64,000 nt of DNA from Octopus sinensis (Eukaryota): contig NC_043006.1 of NCBI RefSeq assembly GCF_006345805.1, forward strand, positions 26,226,001 through 26,290,000. Reading direction: 5' to 3'. The notes beneath the pieces were generated by a model. That model worked only from the letters and a program-made list of their open reading frames with translations. It made no database searches and had not been told where the DNA came from. Below, in pieces: positions 36,201 to 48,643 of the stretch. The translations under genes were made by a program, and so were the position numbers. Numbering within the stretch: position 1 is the stretch's first letter; each line of letters starts with the position of its first letter.

Positions 36201-37876
36201 CTTTCCGCCTTTTTCCAGAAATATCATTATTTGCACTATTGTGCTTTGACTCTTTCTTTTTTGATTTATCACTTTTAGCATCACTATTGTGATATTCTTT
36301 GTTCCGCACATTAACACTATGTTTATGGAGAGGTGAGTTATTCTTAAGAGTTCGATTAAAACTATCATTTGGAAAATCTTTGGATTCAACATTGCACCTA
36401 AGTTCAAAACTCTCTTTTCCCTTTGCTGGATTTGATACTTCGAGGTCTTGCACCAAATTCCAGTTTTCTGATTTCTTCGGCTCATGAGTGCATAAGCGTA
36501 TTTTCATTACATTGTTAGAACAATCTAATTTGCTTTCCTCTTTTGAAGTCAAAACTTTTGCTTCACTTTCTATGGAATTCTTGTGTTTTATAAGGTCCCT
36601 TTCTCCTTTTACATCCTCACCAAGTTTCTCTAGAATAGGAATTGGCCGAGAATTTCCAGGACCACTTTTTTCTAGATTACTGCTAGAAGAGTTACTCAAT
36701 AAACTGGATTTTCCCAGAACAAAATTATTAATTTCAGTTCCAAAAGCTATTTTATCACATTTTTCAAGGCAAATGTCTTCATCATCATTAACAGGATATA
36801 CACTAACAGGGTTTAAGAGATCATTCCCAAAATCCAATGTTTCTCCACTATATGTAGAAGTTTGCAATTCACAGTTAGTTCGTGACAGGGTGCCATTTTC
36901 TAAAAAATCATTTGAAGACATTTGTGCTTTATTTGTAAATTCATCAGGGTTGATTGGTTGGCCTGAATCACTAAAGAGATCTTCCAGAGAAGACACACCA
37001 TTTTTTGTCATACTGTTCAGATTATGACAACAGTTACTTTTTTCTGATTCTTTCTTAATTATCACATCAGGTTTAATATCTTCTAACATGATTGACACCA
37101 TCTCTCCTTTCATATTTTGTGATTTTGTGAAACATTTATCTGAAAGGTTATTTAAGCAGCTACTTGAGTTGTTATTGGAAAATCTTTTAGCTCCATTATC
37201 CCTATTTAAGGATCCATTTCCAGTTAAGTCTATAGTAACCATAGAACCTGAAGTATGTTCAGGAGGGCTACTGATGTTACTTAGTGCACTGGACAAACTA
37301 GGGCTGCTTGAATCAATTTCGATCAGTGACCGATGATCATCTTCAACCATGTCGTTATCTTCTATATGCTTTTGTTTAGGACTACGTCCAATTATTTCTG
37401 ATGCAGCTCTCCGCTTTTTACCTTTTCGGACTTTTGTTGGATTTGTCATGCAAGCAGTGGCTGTTGTATGATCATCAAGCAATTTTGACAACATTGGACT
37501 ATTATGAACATCAGATGCAGCTGCTGTATCTTGATCAAGGAGAGTTGCTAGCAGGGGGTTCTGAGCCACTTTATCTGCCCGTATGTCATCCAGCAGCTCT
37601 TGCGGTGCCTTTGCAGGATCAAGGTATGGCAAGTTATTTTTGTATTTTTCTGCTACATAACGATGTGGATAGTTCAAATGATTTCGAGAAAATCGATAGT
37701 CATTTGAAACAGATTGAACTCGTGAATGATGTACTGACATAAAGCTACTCATGTGTTTGGAATAGAAGTTCATATTATGTAACATATGTGAGTCATTCAC
37801 CCCAGGAATTGTCTTTTTCAGCTGTCCTAGAACTTTGTTAAGAATTGCACGCAATGACACAGGGATAGACATGCAT
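33289..37876 (-). CDS. MED1: MED1 terminal exon, 1,528 aa: end of Med1 domain (CMSIPVSLRAI), two LxxLL boxes, long intrinsically disordered tail
   Basis: tttcttttcag acceptor at 37878-37877; uninterrupted ORF; CMSIPV..RAI, NP.L..LL, PML..LL, SL.AVIDKL and terminal D.DLMD.AL motifs match MED1 as recalled. Confidence 0.97.
34410..35420 (-). repeat. Coding trinucleotide-repeat tracts in MED1: poly-Ser/Asn (about 34410-34580), poly-Asp (about 34798-34850), poly-Thr (about 35140-35260)
   Basis: (act/att)n, (tca/tcg)n and (gta)n runs are visible on +; they translate in frame on -. Confidence 0.9.
37477..37551 (-). other. MED1: Two nuclear-receptor LxxLL boxes: LATLL (37551-37537) and LSKLL (37491-37477)
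   Basis: Context QNPLLATLLDQ and SPMLSKLLDD parallels human NR1 (NPILTSLL) and NR2 (HPMLMNLL). Confidence 0.88.
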
Positions 37877-38209
37877 CTGAAAAGAAAAAAAAAAGGGGAA
37901 ATTTTATATATATATATATGTGTGTGTGTGTGTATATATAAATGTACAAATACATATAACAGATGCTGAGCACAAAAGTATTGTAAAGGTGATTAGAATT
38001 ATCAGAATAAGAATTTATTACAGACAGACAAGCAAGGTAGAGAATAAACTACTCAAAATAATGATGCCATAATGCAAAAAGCTAAATTTTGCCAAGAGAA
38101 AAATATAGCGAATTGAGGTGGGAGTGAACACAATAAGCCACCGTTATAAGTATTAATCATATCTAGATGATTAATATGTGCAACAGGTTCTTTTCTTTTT
38201 TTTACAAAA

Positions 38210-40200
38210 CAACTTGTTTAAGGCTACAAATCAGACATGTGGCTGGGGAAAAACCCAGCCAAACTGAAGGTGAAATGATGGTGGAATGGCACAGTTGATA
38301 TGGTAGTAAAGAGTAAGAGATAGGCTTGGAAAACTTGGAAGGAAGGTAATACTAAGGAGCTTTTGTAAATGGCTCGCAGAGAAGCTAGATGACAGGTAAC
38401 TTGGCTAAAGGTGAGGCAGTCTGGGAGAGATTTTTACATGACCTGCAATGCGAGGATAAGAGGTGTGAAGTATTCAGGATTGTGAACTGAGAAGTCAATA
38501 GTCAGAAATGTATTTGGAATGATGAAAGCAAATTTGCTATCAATACAAAAAACAATAAAATGGCTTAGAAATTCTATTATGAGAAGTGGTTGGTGTTAAG
38601 AAAGGCATCCAGCCATAGAAACCATGCCAAAACTGGTTGGCTCCTGTCGAACCACCCAACCCATGCAAGCATGATAAATGGACATTAAATGGTGCTTGTG
38701 CTGAGTGTGAAGAATGCATAGGATAAAGAGGAGCTACCTCATGATGACCCTACAGAGGGACTAGAGATTCAAGCTGACAGCAGTATGATAAATAAAGCGA
38801 TTAAGGACGTGAAGAGAGGGAAAGCTGCATGTCCATCAAGGATATAATTACCATCTAGATAGTTAATCAAGTTATACAGGCAAGTGTCACATCCTGTAAC
38901 TAGCATAGCTGGTTGTTGTAAACTGCCGCAAAGGCAAAGAAGATGTCTTAGAGAGAGGAAACTATAGAGGAATCAAACTACTGGATCAGATTATTGAAGT
39001 CAGAGAGAGAATCATAGCACAACTGATTTGTGATTGAGATTTAGATGAGATGCTGTTGTGGCTTTGTCCCTGAAAGAGGAACTACAGATGCAAACTTTCT
39101 AGTGAAGGCAATTGCAGAGGAAAAACTTGGCTAGCATTCGACAGGATACCACACTCAGTAATTTGGTAGTCATTTGAGGAAACTAAGTGTAAATGAATTG
39201 CATTTGAGGGCAGTACAAACTATGTAGAAAGATGCAGTAAATGAGAGTTAATTTCAGTGATAAATTTAATGTGATGGTAGGAGTTCATCAAGATTCAGTC
39301 CTCAGCCCATTACAGACTGGATGTCTACGAGAATTCCTATATTCAGCTGATCTAGTTCTCATAGCTGAATCTATAAGAAATTCCAGGTATGAAAAATTAA
39401 CCTAGACTCAAGAGGTCTTAAAGTTAACCTAGAAAAGATGAAGGTTTTTAGTAAAAGAACACAGGACACTAGTAACTTCAGGGAGATGGTCCTGTTTGAT
39501 AAAAGGAGCAGGTATAAACTCCGTTGCTCCATGTAAGCTATGGACACACAAGAAATGCAATGGAATTATAGACAAGCTATCTGAGAACTTAAGCTTTAAA
39601 TGTGATATATTGGAGTAGTACATACTAGGAGCACACCTGAAATAGTTTCTCTTAAATGCCTGAATGGCTCACTAGAAGTAGTTGATAGCTTTTGTTAAGT
39701 ATTTAACTAGAGAGATAATTGCTCTGAAAATATAGTAGCCAGAAGAACAGGTTGGAGAAAGTTCAGAGCTACTACTGCTGCTGACAACAAAAGTCTTTTC
39801 CTTCAGAGTGAAGAGCAAACTGCATGATGTTTGAGTCAGAAGCGCAATGTTGCATGGTAGTGAGACATGGGCCTTGAATGTAGAAGACTTGAGAAAACTA
39901 AAAGACATGAATTTAGCATGTTTCATTGGATGTATAATGCTGTGTGCATGAATAGTATAGCACAAATGTACTGAGAGAAAAACTGAATGTAAGAGGAATT
40001 AGATGCAATGTGCAAGATAAAGACTACACTGGTATGAACATGTGACATGTATGGAAGAAGACAGCTATGTAAAGAAGTGATGATAACTTAAGAGGGGCTA
40101 CTGAAAGAGGAAGACATGGGACAAATTGGTGAAGGACATAGGAACGGGATGACTGGTGATATGCAGTTCTTGAGAAGACCTATTCGTTTTGGCAAACTGA
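38210..40200 (+). mobile_element. Decayed RTE LINE body, with a short RTE 3' end nested at about 38580-38695
   Basis: WWN...K.KR.AWK.WK linker, NYRGIKLL, GVHQ.SVLSP, MLHGSETWA remnants. Confidence 0.88.
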
Positions 40201-40224
40201 TTTCTGGTAGAGGTGTGTGTGATC

Positions 40225-40400
40225 ATTTAACGTCTATTTTCCATTCTGGCATGGGTTGGACAGCTTGACAGAAGCTGGTATGGCTGCGAGCTGCACCAGG
40301 CACCAAATTGTCTGTTTTAGTATGGTTTGTACACCTGGATACCCTTTCTAATGCCAATCAAGTACTGGGTGCTTTTTATGTAGCAACTGCACCAATAGGG
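40225..40400 (-). mobile_element. RTE 3' end
   Basis: catttaacgtctattttccattctggcatgggttggacag... Confidence 0.75.
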
Positions 40401-41194
40401 TCACCAAGCAACTTGGAAGACAAAACTCCTTGGATGGGAGGGGGAAAGTAGTATTGAGTGGCGGTGGCATTGAGCTACTTGTGAGATCAAAGGTAAAGCA
40501 GGGCAAGGATAGGTGTCCTGCTGTAGAGTAAATTTATAAATACCTAAGATGGAAGAGAAAGGAGAGCAAGTTACAGAGTAAGATAAAGAAAGATGTTTGA
40601 GAGAGTAAGATGAGGAGAGCAATAGTGAGAAAGATGGTGCTGAACATGTATCGAGACATGCACTGAAGGGATATTGGGGGTGGTAAGAATAAGTGAAGTG
40701 ATACAAGAGGTAGGGGTCGCAATAGGTGAGTGAGGTGCTAATGATGGGGAACAACACAGGGGAGAGAAACCTTTCCATGTTTTGCTTACACAGTAAAGAT
40801 TGGGAGTAGAATGTTTTACTGGATACAGTAAAAAATTCTGATAAAGTGTGGTGCATTTGGGCATAACATTTAATATTAATACTCCTTTTTGGTGAGTTCA
40901 CCTAACACCAATCTAGAGAAGTTTCAGCTTGGACAAGTAATATCTGAAATTATCTCCCCAAAACTTTACCAACAACAAGCAGGAAGACATACCTAGTATT
41001 GATGCTATACAAAAATAAATGCCCTTATTGCTAGAGTGAGATAGTAGGCTTTCTACTTTGACAAGAATAATGGAAGATTCTTAGAAGCAAAATATACTGC
41101 AGAACTTTTGGGGCCTGTATATCTCCACCACATAATCACCCTTTGGATACATTTGAAGAGAATATTCTTAACATGATCTTGAACATTAAACTCC

Positions 41195-41350
41195 TTAACC
41201 CTTTAACATTCAGATTACTCTGTCAAATGTGATACTTATTTATTCACACTGCTTTGAATTAATCATGCATTATCTTGTAACTTAGAGATTTTGATGATGC
41301 AATTGTTTATTTTTAGAATTACATTGTAGGGTAGGTGTGAGAGGCCAGAG
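41195..41350. mobile_element. Truncated piggyBac-like MITE
   Basis: Starts ttaaccctttaacattcagattactctgtcaaatg. Confidence 0.75.
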
Positions 41351-41860
41351 CAGGGCCATCACCCTGAAAAGATCTGCGATTTGTCAGTCTTCCTGCTTCA
41401 TTTAAAAACAGCTCAAAGAATCAACAAACATCTTGATAAAGAAGCTTGTTAAGAAAATGTGAGCAAGAAGAAGGTTTCTAAACAGTCAAGCTCTTGGAAC
41501 GAAAGCTTGGACAAAGTATTTAGTACATGAGAAAAAGGTTTTATTTATAGTAATAGGAATGTGGGAAAATTCAAATGAGCAGAAACTATTGAAGTAGCAG
41601 TAAAAGAGGTGGAAAGAAAAAATACATGTAAGGTTTTGCCTGTCAGAATGTTTTTGTGTGAACTGATAACATCATTTGGAAAATGTAAGCATGTATGAGG
41701 TAAACAGGATAACTGAAGGAAATACACTGGTAGAGCAGTTGAGAAATTATCCAACTTGATAGTTTAAAGATTACACATAGCATTATGAAGCTCCTACATA
41801 TTACTTACAAAACAAAGAGTTACTGATATAGAATTAGAATGAAAGTAATGCTATACATAC

Positions 41861-41966
41861 TGGTGAAATACTTTAGATGCATATTCATCAGAACAAAATG
41901 ACTGTCCATCAAGAGCAGTACAGACACGGCACTTCAGATTGGTGATGTCACTCATATCAAACTCGG
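41861..41966 (-). CDS. MED1: MED1 exon (EFDMSDITNLKCRVCTALDGQSFCSDEYASKVFH-Q)
   Basis: ttgtttaag acceptor, gtatgt donor, 106 nt; aligns to human C.DD...KV.QRC; phase fits the terminal exon. Confidence 0.93.
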
Positions 41967-42469
41967 CTTAAACAAAATAAAATAAAAGTAATACTTCATT
42001 ATACATTAACACAGAGTATAGAGATATATTTATAAATGATTTTTTTTTTCCTCATCCAATTTTGTAAGGAAGGAGAAGAGCCAATACAACTGATGCCAAT
42101 GTTACTGGTGCTGATCACACAAGGAGAAAAAAAATTTAATGCAAAATAGGAGTGGCTGTGTTGAGCTGAGATGCATATGGGTAGTTGGATATATAATTTT
42201 TAAGAGTTGTCTGGTTTGGAGTGGCAACAATAAACAGCTTTCTAAGTTTCAGAATTTTCTTTCATAAGTACATATTTTTATAGGTGTAGTGTACATGTAG
42301 TAATACAAAGTTCATGTCCGTTATGTTTTGAATACACTTTGTTATGCTGGAGGAAAGATTAAGGATGAGAGCCATGTTTCATGATAGCTCAGAGATATTA
42401 TTTACATGCCCAAAGTACATTCAGTTGTCTATTTGCTTTGACTTTTATAACCTTTACAAGTAAGAGAGA

Positions 42470-43445
42470 GAACGTCTTTATACCAGTCACGCTCAATAAA
42501 TAAATTTGATCTGGCAGAGTTTCTAAAGCTGAATGCCCTTCCTAACGCCAACCACTCCGAGAGTGTAGTGGGTGCTTTGATGTGCCACTGGCACGGGAGC
42601 CAGTCAGGCGGTACTGGCAATGACCTCACTCGAATGTTTTTACATGTGCCACCGGCACAAGTACCAGTAAGGCGACACTGGTAACGATCACGCTCGAAAG
42701 GTGCCTTTTACGTACCACTGGTATGGAAGCCAGTTAGCCGCTCTGTCAACAATCATGCTTGTATGGTGCTCTTTGCGCCCTGCTAGTATGGATACCAGTC
42801 ATCGAATTTGATTTTGATTTCACTTGCCTCAACAGGTGTTCGCAAGCAGAGTTTTGCCCAGGCTATTCTTATTCTAGCAGCTACACTTTCAGCGCACCCT
42901 CCCCCGCTACTGACTTGGTCACCTAGGTAACGGAAGCTATCAACTACTTCTAGTTTTTCTCCCTGGAATGTGGCGGAAGTTGGTCTCTGCGCATTTTCAC
43001 TGTTTATTGCTCCCGAACATCTGCTACATACAAAAACTATCTTCCTAGTTAGCCTTCCTTTGACATTGCTGCACCTCTTATGTGTCCATAGCTTACAAGG
43101 GTACATCTTATAGAGTTTCTACTACAGATCAAGCAGGGCCATCTACCTGAAGGGATTTGTGGTTTGCCTGCCTTCCTACTTATTAGGACTTTGGTTTTAG
43201 CTAGGTTGACTCTAAGGCCCTTTGATTCTAATCCCTGTTTCCGCACTTGAAACTTCTCCTCTAGCTCTGATAGTGACTCAGCAATTAGAGCAATGTTGTC
43301 AGCATAGAGGAGCTCCCAGGGGCATCCTGTCTTGAATTCCTCTGTTATTGCCTGGAGGACTATGATAAATAGGAGGGGGCTAAGGACTGAACGTTGGTGG
43401 ACCCCTACCTCCACCCGGAATTCTTCAGTGTACTCTTTGCCAACT
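42470..43445 (-). mobile_element. 5'-truncated RTE LINE: RT C-terminus, Cys-rich finger, 3'UTR tandem repeats
   Basis: GVHQRSVLSPLLF, LYADNI, CKLWTHKRCSNVKG; contiguous with the 3'UTR repeats. Confidence 0.93.
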
Positions 43446-43479
43446 CTATATATTTAAATGTATGTATCATATATTTATA

Positions 43480-43735
43480 TATATATGTGTGTGTGTATAT
43501 GTGTATATATGTTTGTATATATATTTATAGGTATGTGTATGTCTGTATTTGTACCCCCATCACTGCTTGACAAACTATGTTGCTGTGTTTACGTTCCTGT
43601 AACTTAGCTGTTTGGCACAACACTCCGATAGAATAAGTACTAGGCTTACAAAGAATAAATCATGGGGGTTGATCTCTTGAACTAAAGGTGGTGCTCCAGC
43701 ATGTCTGCAGTCACATGAACAATGCAAGTAAAATA
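43480..43735 (+). mobile_element. 3' half of the CORE-type SINE
   Basis: cactgcttgacaa...aagtactaggcttacaaagaataa...ggtgctccagcatg. Confidence 0.8.
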
Positions 43736-44098
43736 ATTAAAAAACTGCCATTTTAATCCGGGGCAATGCTGGGTATCTCTGCTAGTATATATACATAGTA
43801 CCTTGTTTTCTGTTTGCTACCATAAACATTTGTCCCAGCACCATGAAACAAGCTTTAATATCAGAAATTTTTGGAAGCTAACAGTGGGAAATGTAAAATA
43901 GTAAAAATATGCAATTAATTTAAATTATTGTTGAAATGTATTTAATTTCACATGAAAATCTAGATATAAAGTTGTTCATGTAGAAAAATACATTATCTGA
44001 AAGCCTCTTAGGTTTTGCCAAAATTTCTACATTACGTATGCTGAATATTATGAAGAAAGATATTAAAAATGACAAGATAATAGATATAAAAGAATCAC

Positions 44099-44194
44099 CT
44101 GTAACCATAGAATCTTGTAGTGGATGTTCAAATGAAACATTAACTTGATGCAAAGACAAAGCAGATAACTCGAATACCAGTGCACTTTTAAGAT
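44099..44194 (-). CDS. MED1: MED1 exon (LKSALVFELSALSLHQVNVSFEHPLQDSMVT)
   Basis: aattacag acceptor, gtgatt donor, 96 nt; FE......VSF.HP..DS motif. Confidence 0.94.
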
Positions 44195-44929
44195 CTGTAA
44201 TTATAAAATTCAAAACATATGCAAAAGTTTCTGTTTCAATGCAGACATTTCAGAAAAGTAAATCACAGAAAATTTTTAAAATTCTAATTGTTATAAGATA
44301 CAGAAGTATATAAAACTCGGGAAAATTTTGAAGTAAATATTTTGGATTCCTCAGATTCAACATACAAATACATTTTTCTTGTATTAAATATAAAAAACAG
44401 TAAAAATTTCAGATATCAAATGCAAAATACGTTTATCATCTGCAATGCACACTTTCAGTCATAAAACTGGCCCAGTACCATTCAGGTGACCACATAAACA
44501 AAAGTGACTTTGATCTTAATAAATGAGGCATACAGATATTGACACCAAGCCTCATTCTGGCTTAGATGAGTTTAGTGAAGTGATTAAGAAAACGAAAGCA
44601 GGAAAATTTTGAAAGTCCACTGGGAATAGCTATTGAGATGTGAAAAGTGTCAAGTCATGTACCTACTATGCTAAGTATTCTCTTAATTAATCAGGTAGCA
44701 TTAGATGAACTGAGTTTTAGCAAAGCTAGTACAAAACAGGGTTAGTGGAATAAGATTGAATATGGAATTGTAGTCTTAAACTGAAGAGTCATATAAGCTA
44801 ACAACACAAGGGAAATTACTAGCTAAGAATAGAAAATATATTTTGAATTTATGTGACCCAATTTGAAAGGATTTCATGACCCATAGTCTGGTGAGAACTG
44901 AAAAACTATGAGTAATGACTAGCCAGGTA

Positions 44930-45840
44930 TTTCAGCTAGTTATCACAATTATGTTTCTCTGCTTTTTCATCAGCTTCTTTGTCTGCTCCAAGATCCTGTC
45001 TCCTTCAGAGCTGCGACCTTTGTACTCCTCGAGTTTTTCTTCTTACTTCTGGATCAGTGTCTCATAGTTATTATCTATTTCCTCAAGCTGATCCCAGGAT
45101 TCTTTCCTAATGGACTCCCTCAGCTGCACTACCTTCACGACCTTCACATATTGTTCCTGCGACACTAACTGCAGCACTTTTTCTCCCTTCTTTCATCTGA
45201 GGTGTACCAATTGGTCGCTCAACAGTTGGAGGCAATGAAAAAGAAGAGGTGAGCAGCTATGTGTGTCTCGGTCAAGAAGCCACAATGAGGTGAGAGATGA
45301 AGAATGAGATTTCACTAAGGGTAAGAGCACAATGGAGAGCATTCAACTCCATGAAGGATGTGCTGAAGGTGAACCTAGACAAGGCAACTCAAGCCAGTGT
45401 CTTCAACAGCACAGTCATGCCTGCAATGCTATACGCATTGGTCCTTGATGAAGAGAGAACAGCATCTGCTTACAGTGCAGAGTGTCATGGAAAGGTCGAT
45501 GTTGGGAATCTCGCTAAGAGATCACACCTGGAACAAGGAGATCAGGGATAGAACTGGAGTGAAGGACATTGTCGTAGAATACCACCACACAAAGCTACGA
45601 TGGGCCAGTCATGTTGCAGGGTTCACAGACAATCGCCGGACCCGTGCAGTTGTCAAGTGGTACCCACAAGAGCAGAAGAGGCCACTCGGAAGAGATCCAA
45701 TGAGGTGGGAAGATGATTTTTAAAAAAATGTTTGGAACAACGGGGAGGAGAATGGCAAGAGCACAAAGAGAGTTGAGTGAATGCTGTGGCCAGCAGAGCT
45801 GACTCGGCACCAGACAGCCTGGCTGATCCAGGTGATCACT
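44930..45840. mobile_element. Second RTE family copy: RT C-terminus on + (45226-45840) abutting a linker segment on - (44930-45225)
   Basis: + strand EIS.RVRAQWRAF, VFNSTVMPAMLY, KLRWASHVA, KRPLGRDPMRWED; - strand EEIDNNYE.L...LEQTKKLM. Confidence 0.75.
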
Positions 45841-46437
45841 ATTATGTTTTTCAATTTTATTACTAGTATTTTTACTATTGTTAGTGCCATTGTCAATATG
45901 CATTTTTCCTTTCTGCACCATTTCCATTATCGAAGTGGAGTGATGTGTCTTTTGGAAACTGCAGGGTTACAGGTCACGGAACCAGCTGTACTCTGTGTAT
46001 ATTGATTATACCTCCATCTCATTACCCAACAATGTGCACCAAGACTGTGTGTATAATCATTATCATAATCTCAATTTTAACTTGATTTCTAATACCAACC
46101 ACTTTACAGAGTGGACCAGGTGCATTTTTTTTTGTGACACTAGCATTATAGATATAGAGGTTATTTTACCCTCTAAAAGACTACAGACAAACACTAAATA
46201 ATCCTCTCAAACCCTACATTGTTGCTGCTTCATTAGCCAACCACTTCACAGCCTACTGACTATGTTTTGTGCCACCAGCACCAATGGCGAAATGATGATA
46301 CCAGGCTAAAACTGTTATTAATCATTTTGTTTCCATTTTTATATTTTCTCTTACAACTACGTAAGGGTTTTCTGCTTCTAGAAAGCAGGATAGAAGGCAA
46401 ATCAGTTCAGAGAAGTAGTATGTTGAATATATTTTAC

Positions 46438-46627
46438 CTCTTTTGGCAGAAGGCCGGATACAACTGGTAATAGCAGTGTTAAATAGCATTTGCTGACGAA
46501 GATAAGACAAAATTTTAGGTAAATTGGTTGGATGAGTAAAAGGAATCTTTGATATAAGAACTCCCTCCTCTTCTATACCACTTTGATGACCACCCAAGAA
46601 ATAAACATGCTGCTGATCAGGCAAAGT
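46438..46627 (-). CDS. MED1: MED1 exon (TLPDQQHVYFL...ISKIPFTHPTNLPKILSYLRQQMLFNTAITSC...)
   Basis: ttttttcag acceptor, gtaaaa donor, 190 nt; LP.QQH.YFL and SKI.F.HP...P.IL..LR.Q..FN motifs. Confidence 0.96.
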
Positions 46628-47077
46628 CTGAAAAAAAAGAAGGTAAATAAATAAATAGAAATTTTTAAAAAAATAAGTTTTAGTTTTATATAACATTATA
46701 TTAGGTAAGTGATTTAAGAATTTGAATATTAAACATAAATTATTTCAACATTTCTCATTGGGGTCTGTATCAACCCTTGAGGTGTAAGGCATGGGGGTAC
46801 TTGGAATTATGAGGCGAGCAATGAACAAAATTATATTACAAGGGAGTGTTTAGGAGTTTGTGTTGAGTGGTAAGCAACTTTGTGTATAATCACCAATGAA
46901 GGAGAGAAAAAAAATGATATTTTAATAAATTTGTTTTCATTTTGAAAATATTTAGTTTTAAAATGTTTGGATGTCTCAATGTGCTATTAATAGGAAGATA
47001 GATTCTATGCATTAAGAACTAGAGGTGTCTGGTATAGATCTAGCATCTTTCTCATCATGGTTGTGTGGACTTTTCAA

Positions 47078-47280
47078 TTAATTCTTTAGCATTCAGATTA
47101 CTATATTGAATGTAATGCTTATTTATTCACATTGTTTTGAATTGATCATACATTATCTCACAGTTTTGAGATTTCAATGATACGATTATTTTTAGAATAA
47201 CATTGTAGGGCAGGTGAGAGAACATAAAAAACGTAGAATATTTGAGCCAGATACAGCCAGTTTAAATGTTAAAGGGTTAA
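47078..47280. mobile_element. piggyBac-like MITE
   Basis: ttaattctttagcatt ... aatgttaaagggttaa inverted termini within TTAA. Confidence 0.85.
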
Positions 47281-47519
47281 ACAGTCTCTTGGGATGATGG
47301 TGTAGAAAAATCCACCCACTCTGGAGTGAAATTTTCTTTGGTGCCTTTTATTTTTATTACCAATTACTTGAATGTAAGTAAATGGCTATTTCTTAAAATA
47401 AATTATCTATTTCATGTAATATCAGTAGCAACCTAGCATTTTTTAATCATTATCAGTTGACAGGTTATTCAAGAAAATTAACATCTAATTTTTTTTTTAG
47501 CCTGCACTTATTTCCTAAA

Positions 47520-48643
47520 CCTTCAAATATCTTGGCACCACTGCAGCCAAAAGAGCATAAGCTTGATCTTCCAAAGAACAATCTTATTCGTCACTTGTCA
47601 TTAAACCAGTATGTAACTTGAAATGATGAATTTTTAGGAAAGTCTAATTGCAGAATCAAGCATTTCAAAGTTATATTAAAGATAAACACATTCTCTTCAA
47701 CAACATGATATTGTGCACAACTGATGATACACTTTGATAGACTGTCAAGCTGACCAGGTATCAGATATCAAAAGGAAGTGCCTGATCTATTCACTAATCA
47801 CATTGTAATTCATAGACAACACCTTGTTGTTAAGGTTAGTAAGCAGCTGTTTTCAAGTCTGACCATAATAATATTTGCTGTTAACAAAAGAAAAGCTTGG
47901 GCCTTAAGCAATTGGCTGTTCTGCCAATCATGGAAACAGAATGAAAATTTGGAAGCCATATTTCTCCACACTGAAGTTCAATGGCTGTCAATAAGATCTT
48001 GTTTGAAGTATATCTGCCAGTTTTATGATGCTATTGTTGAACTTTTACTTGTAAACCAAAATGACCAAATAGCTAAAACCACTGAATTAATTCCTAGTTT
48101 ACTGGCAAGATAAACAACCTGGATTTGAAAATGCAAGGAAGTAATCTTAATTTTATACAAGTAAAACTGAACTGTTCAAGTGAAACCTTGACAGAAGAGA
48201 GTTCTCTCATTTGACCAATGAAAAACTAACAATTATTTAAACATGGTACTCTCAGGACCTATTTTGTACATTTACAACAAATGAAAGAATATTTTGAGAT
48301 AGGATTTAATAACTGAATAAAAAACCCACTTGTGTGCATAATAGAAAAAAAAAAGACCACCATTAATAAAGATGATGATACTTGGAAATCAAAGCTGGTG
48401 TGATATGCAGTTGCAATGTAGTCTGAAGTATCCTATATTATGGATTAAAACCAAGTTATTTTTTACTGCTTTTCTGTGCCTCTTATCTGACAACAAATGC
48501 TTTAGTGCAATAAATCAAATTTTAACCAAGAAAAGAAACCAAATGGAAATAATGCTGTAGGAGGATTTATGATTTCTTTTATCAAATTTGAAACCTAATG
48601 TTGCAAAAATTACTGCTAGCCATCACCCACTAGAGATCATATT
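47520..48643 (+). mobile_element. Decayed hAT (Buster/Charlie-type) transposase
   Basis: HIVIHRQHLVVK, FLHTEVQWLS, and C-terminal FSA...LTKKRNQM dimerization remnant. Confidence 0.88.

Noticed and set aside
42570-42790. Regularly spaced palindromic repeats resembling a CRISPR array
   Set aside because: Intervening sequences are homologous rather than unique, the array is the RTE 3'UTR, and the context is a eukaryotic intron with no cas genes.
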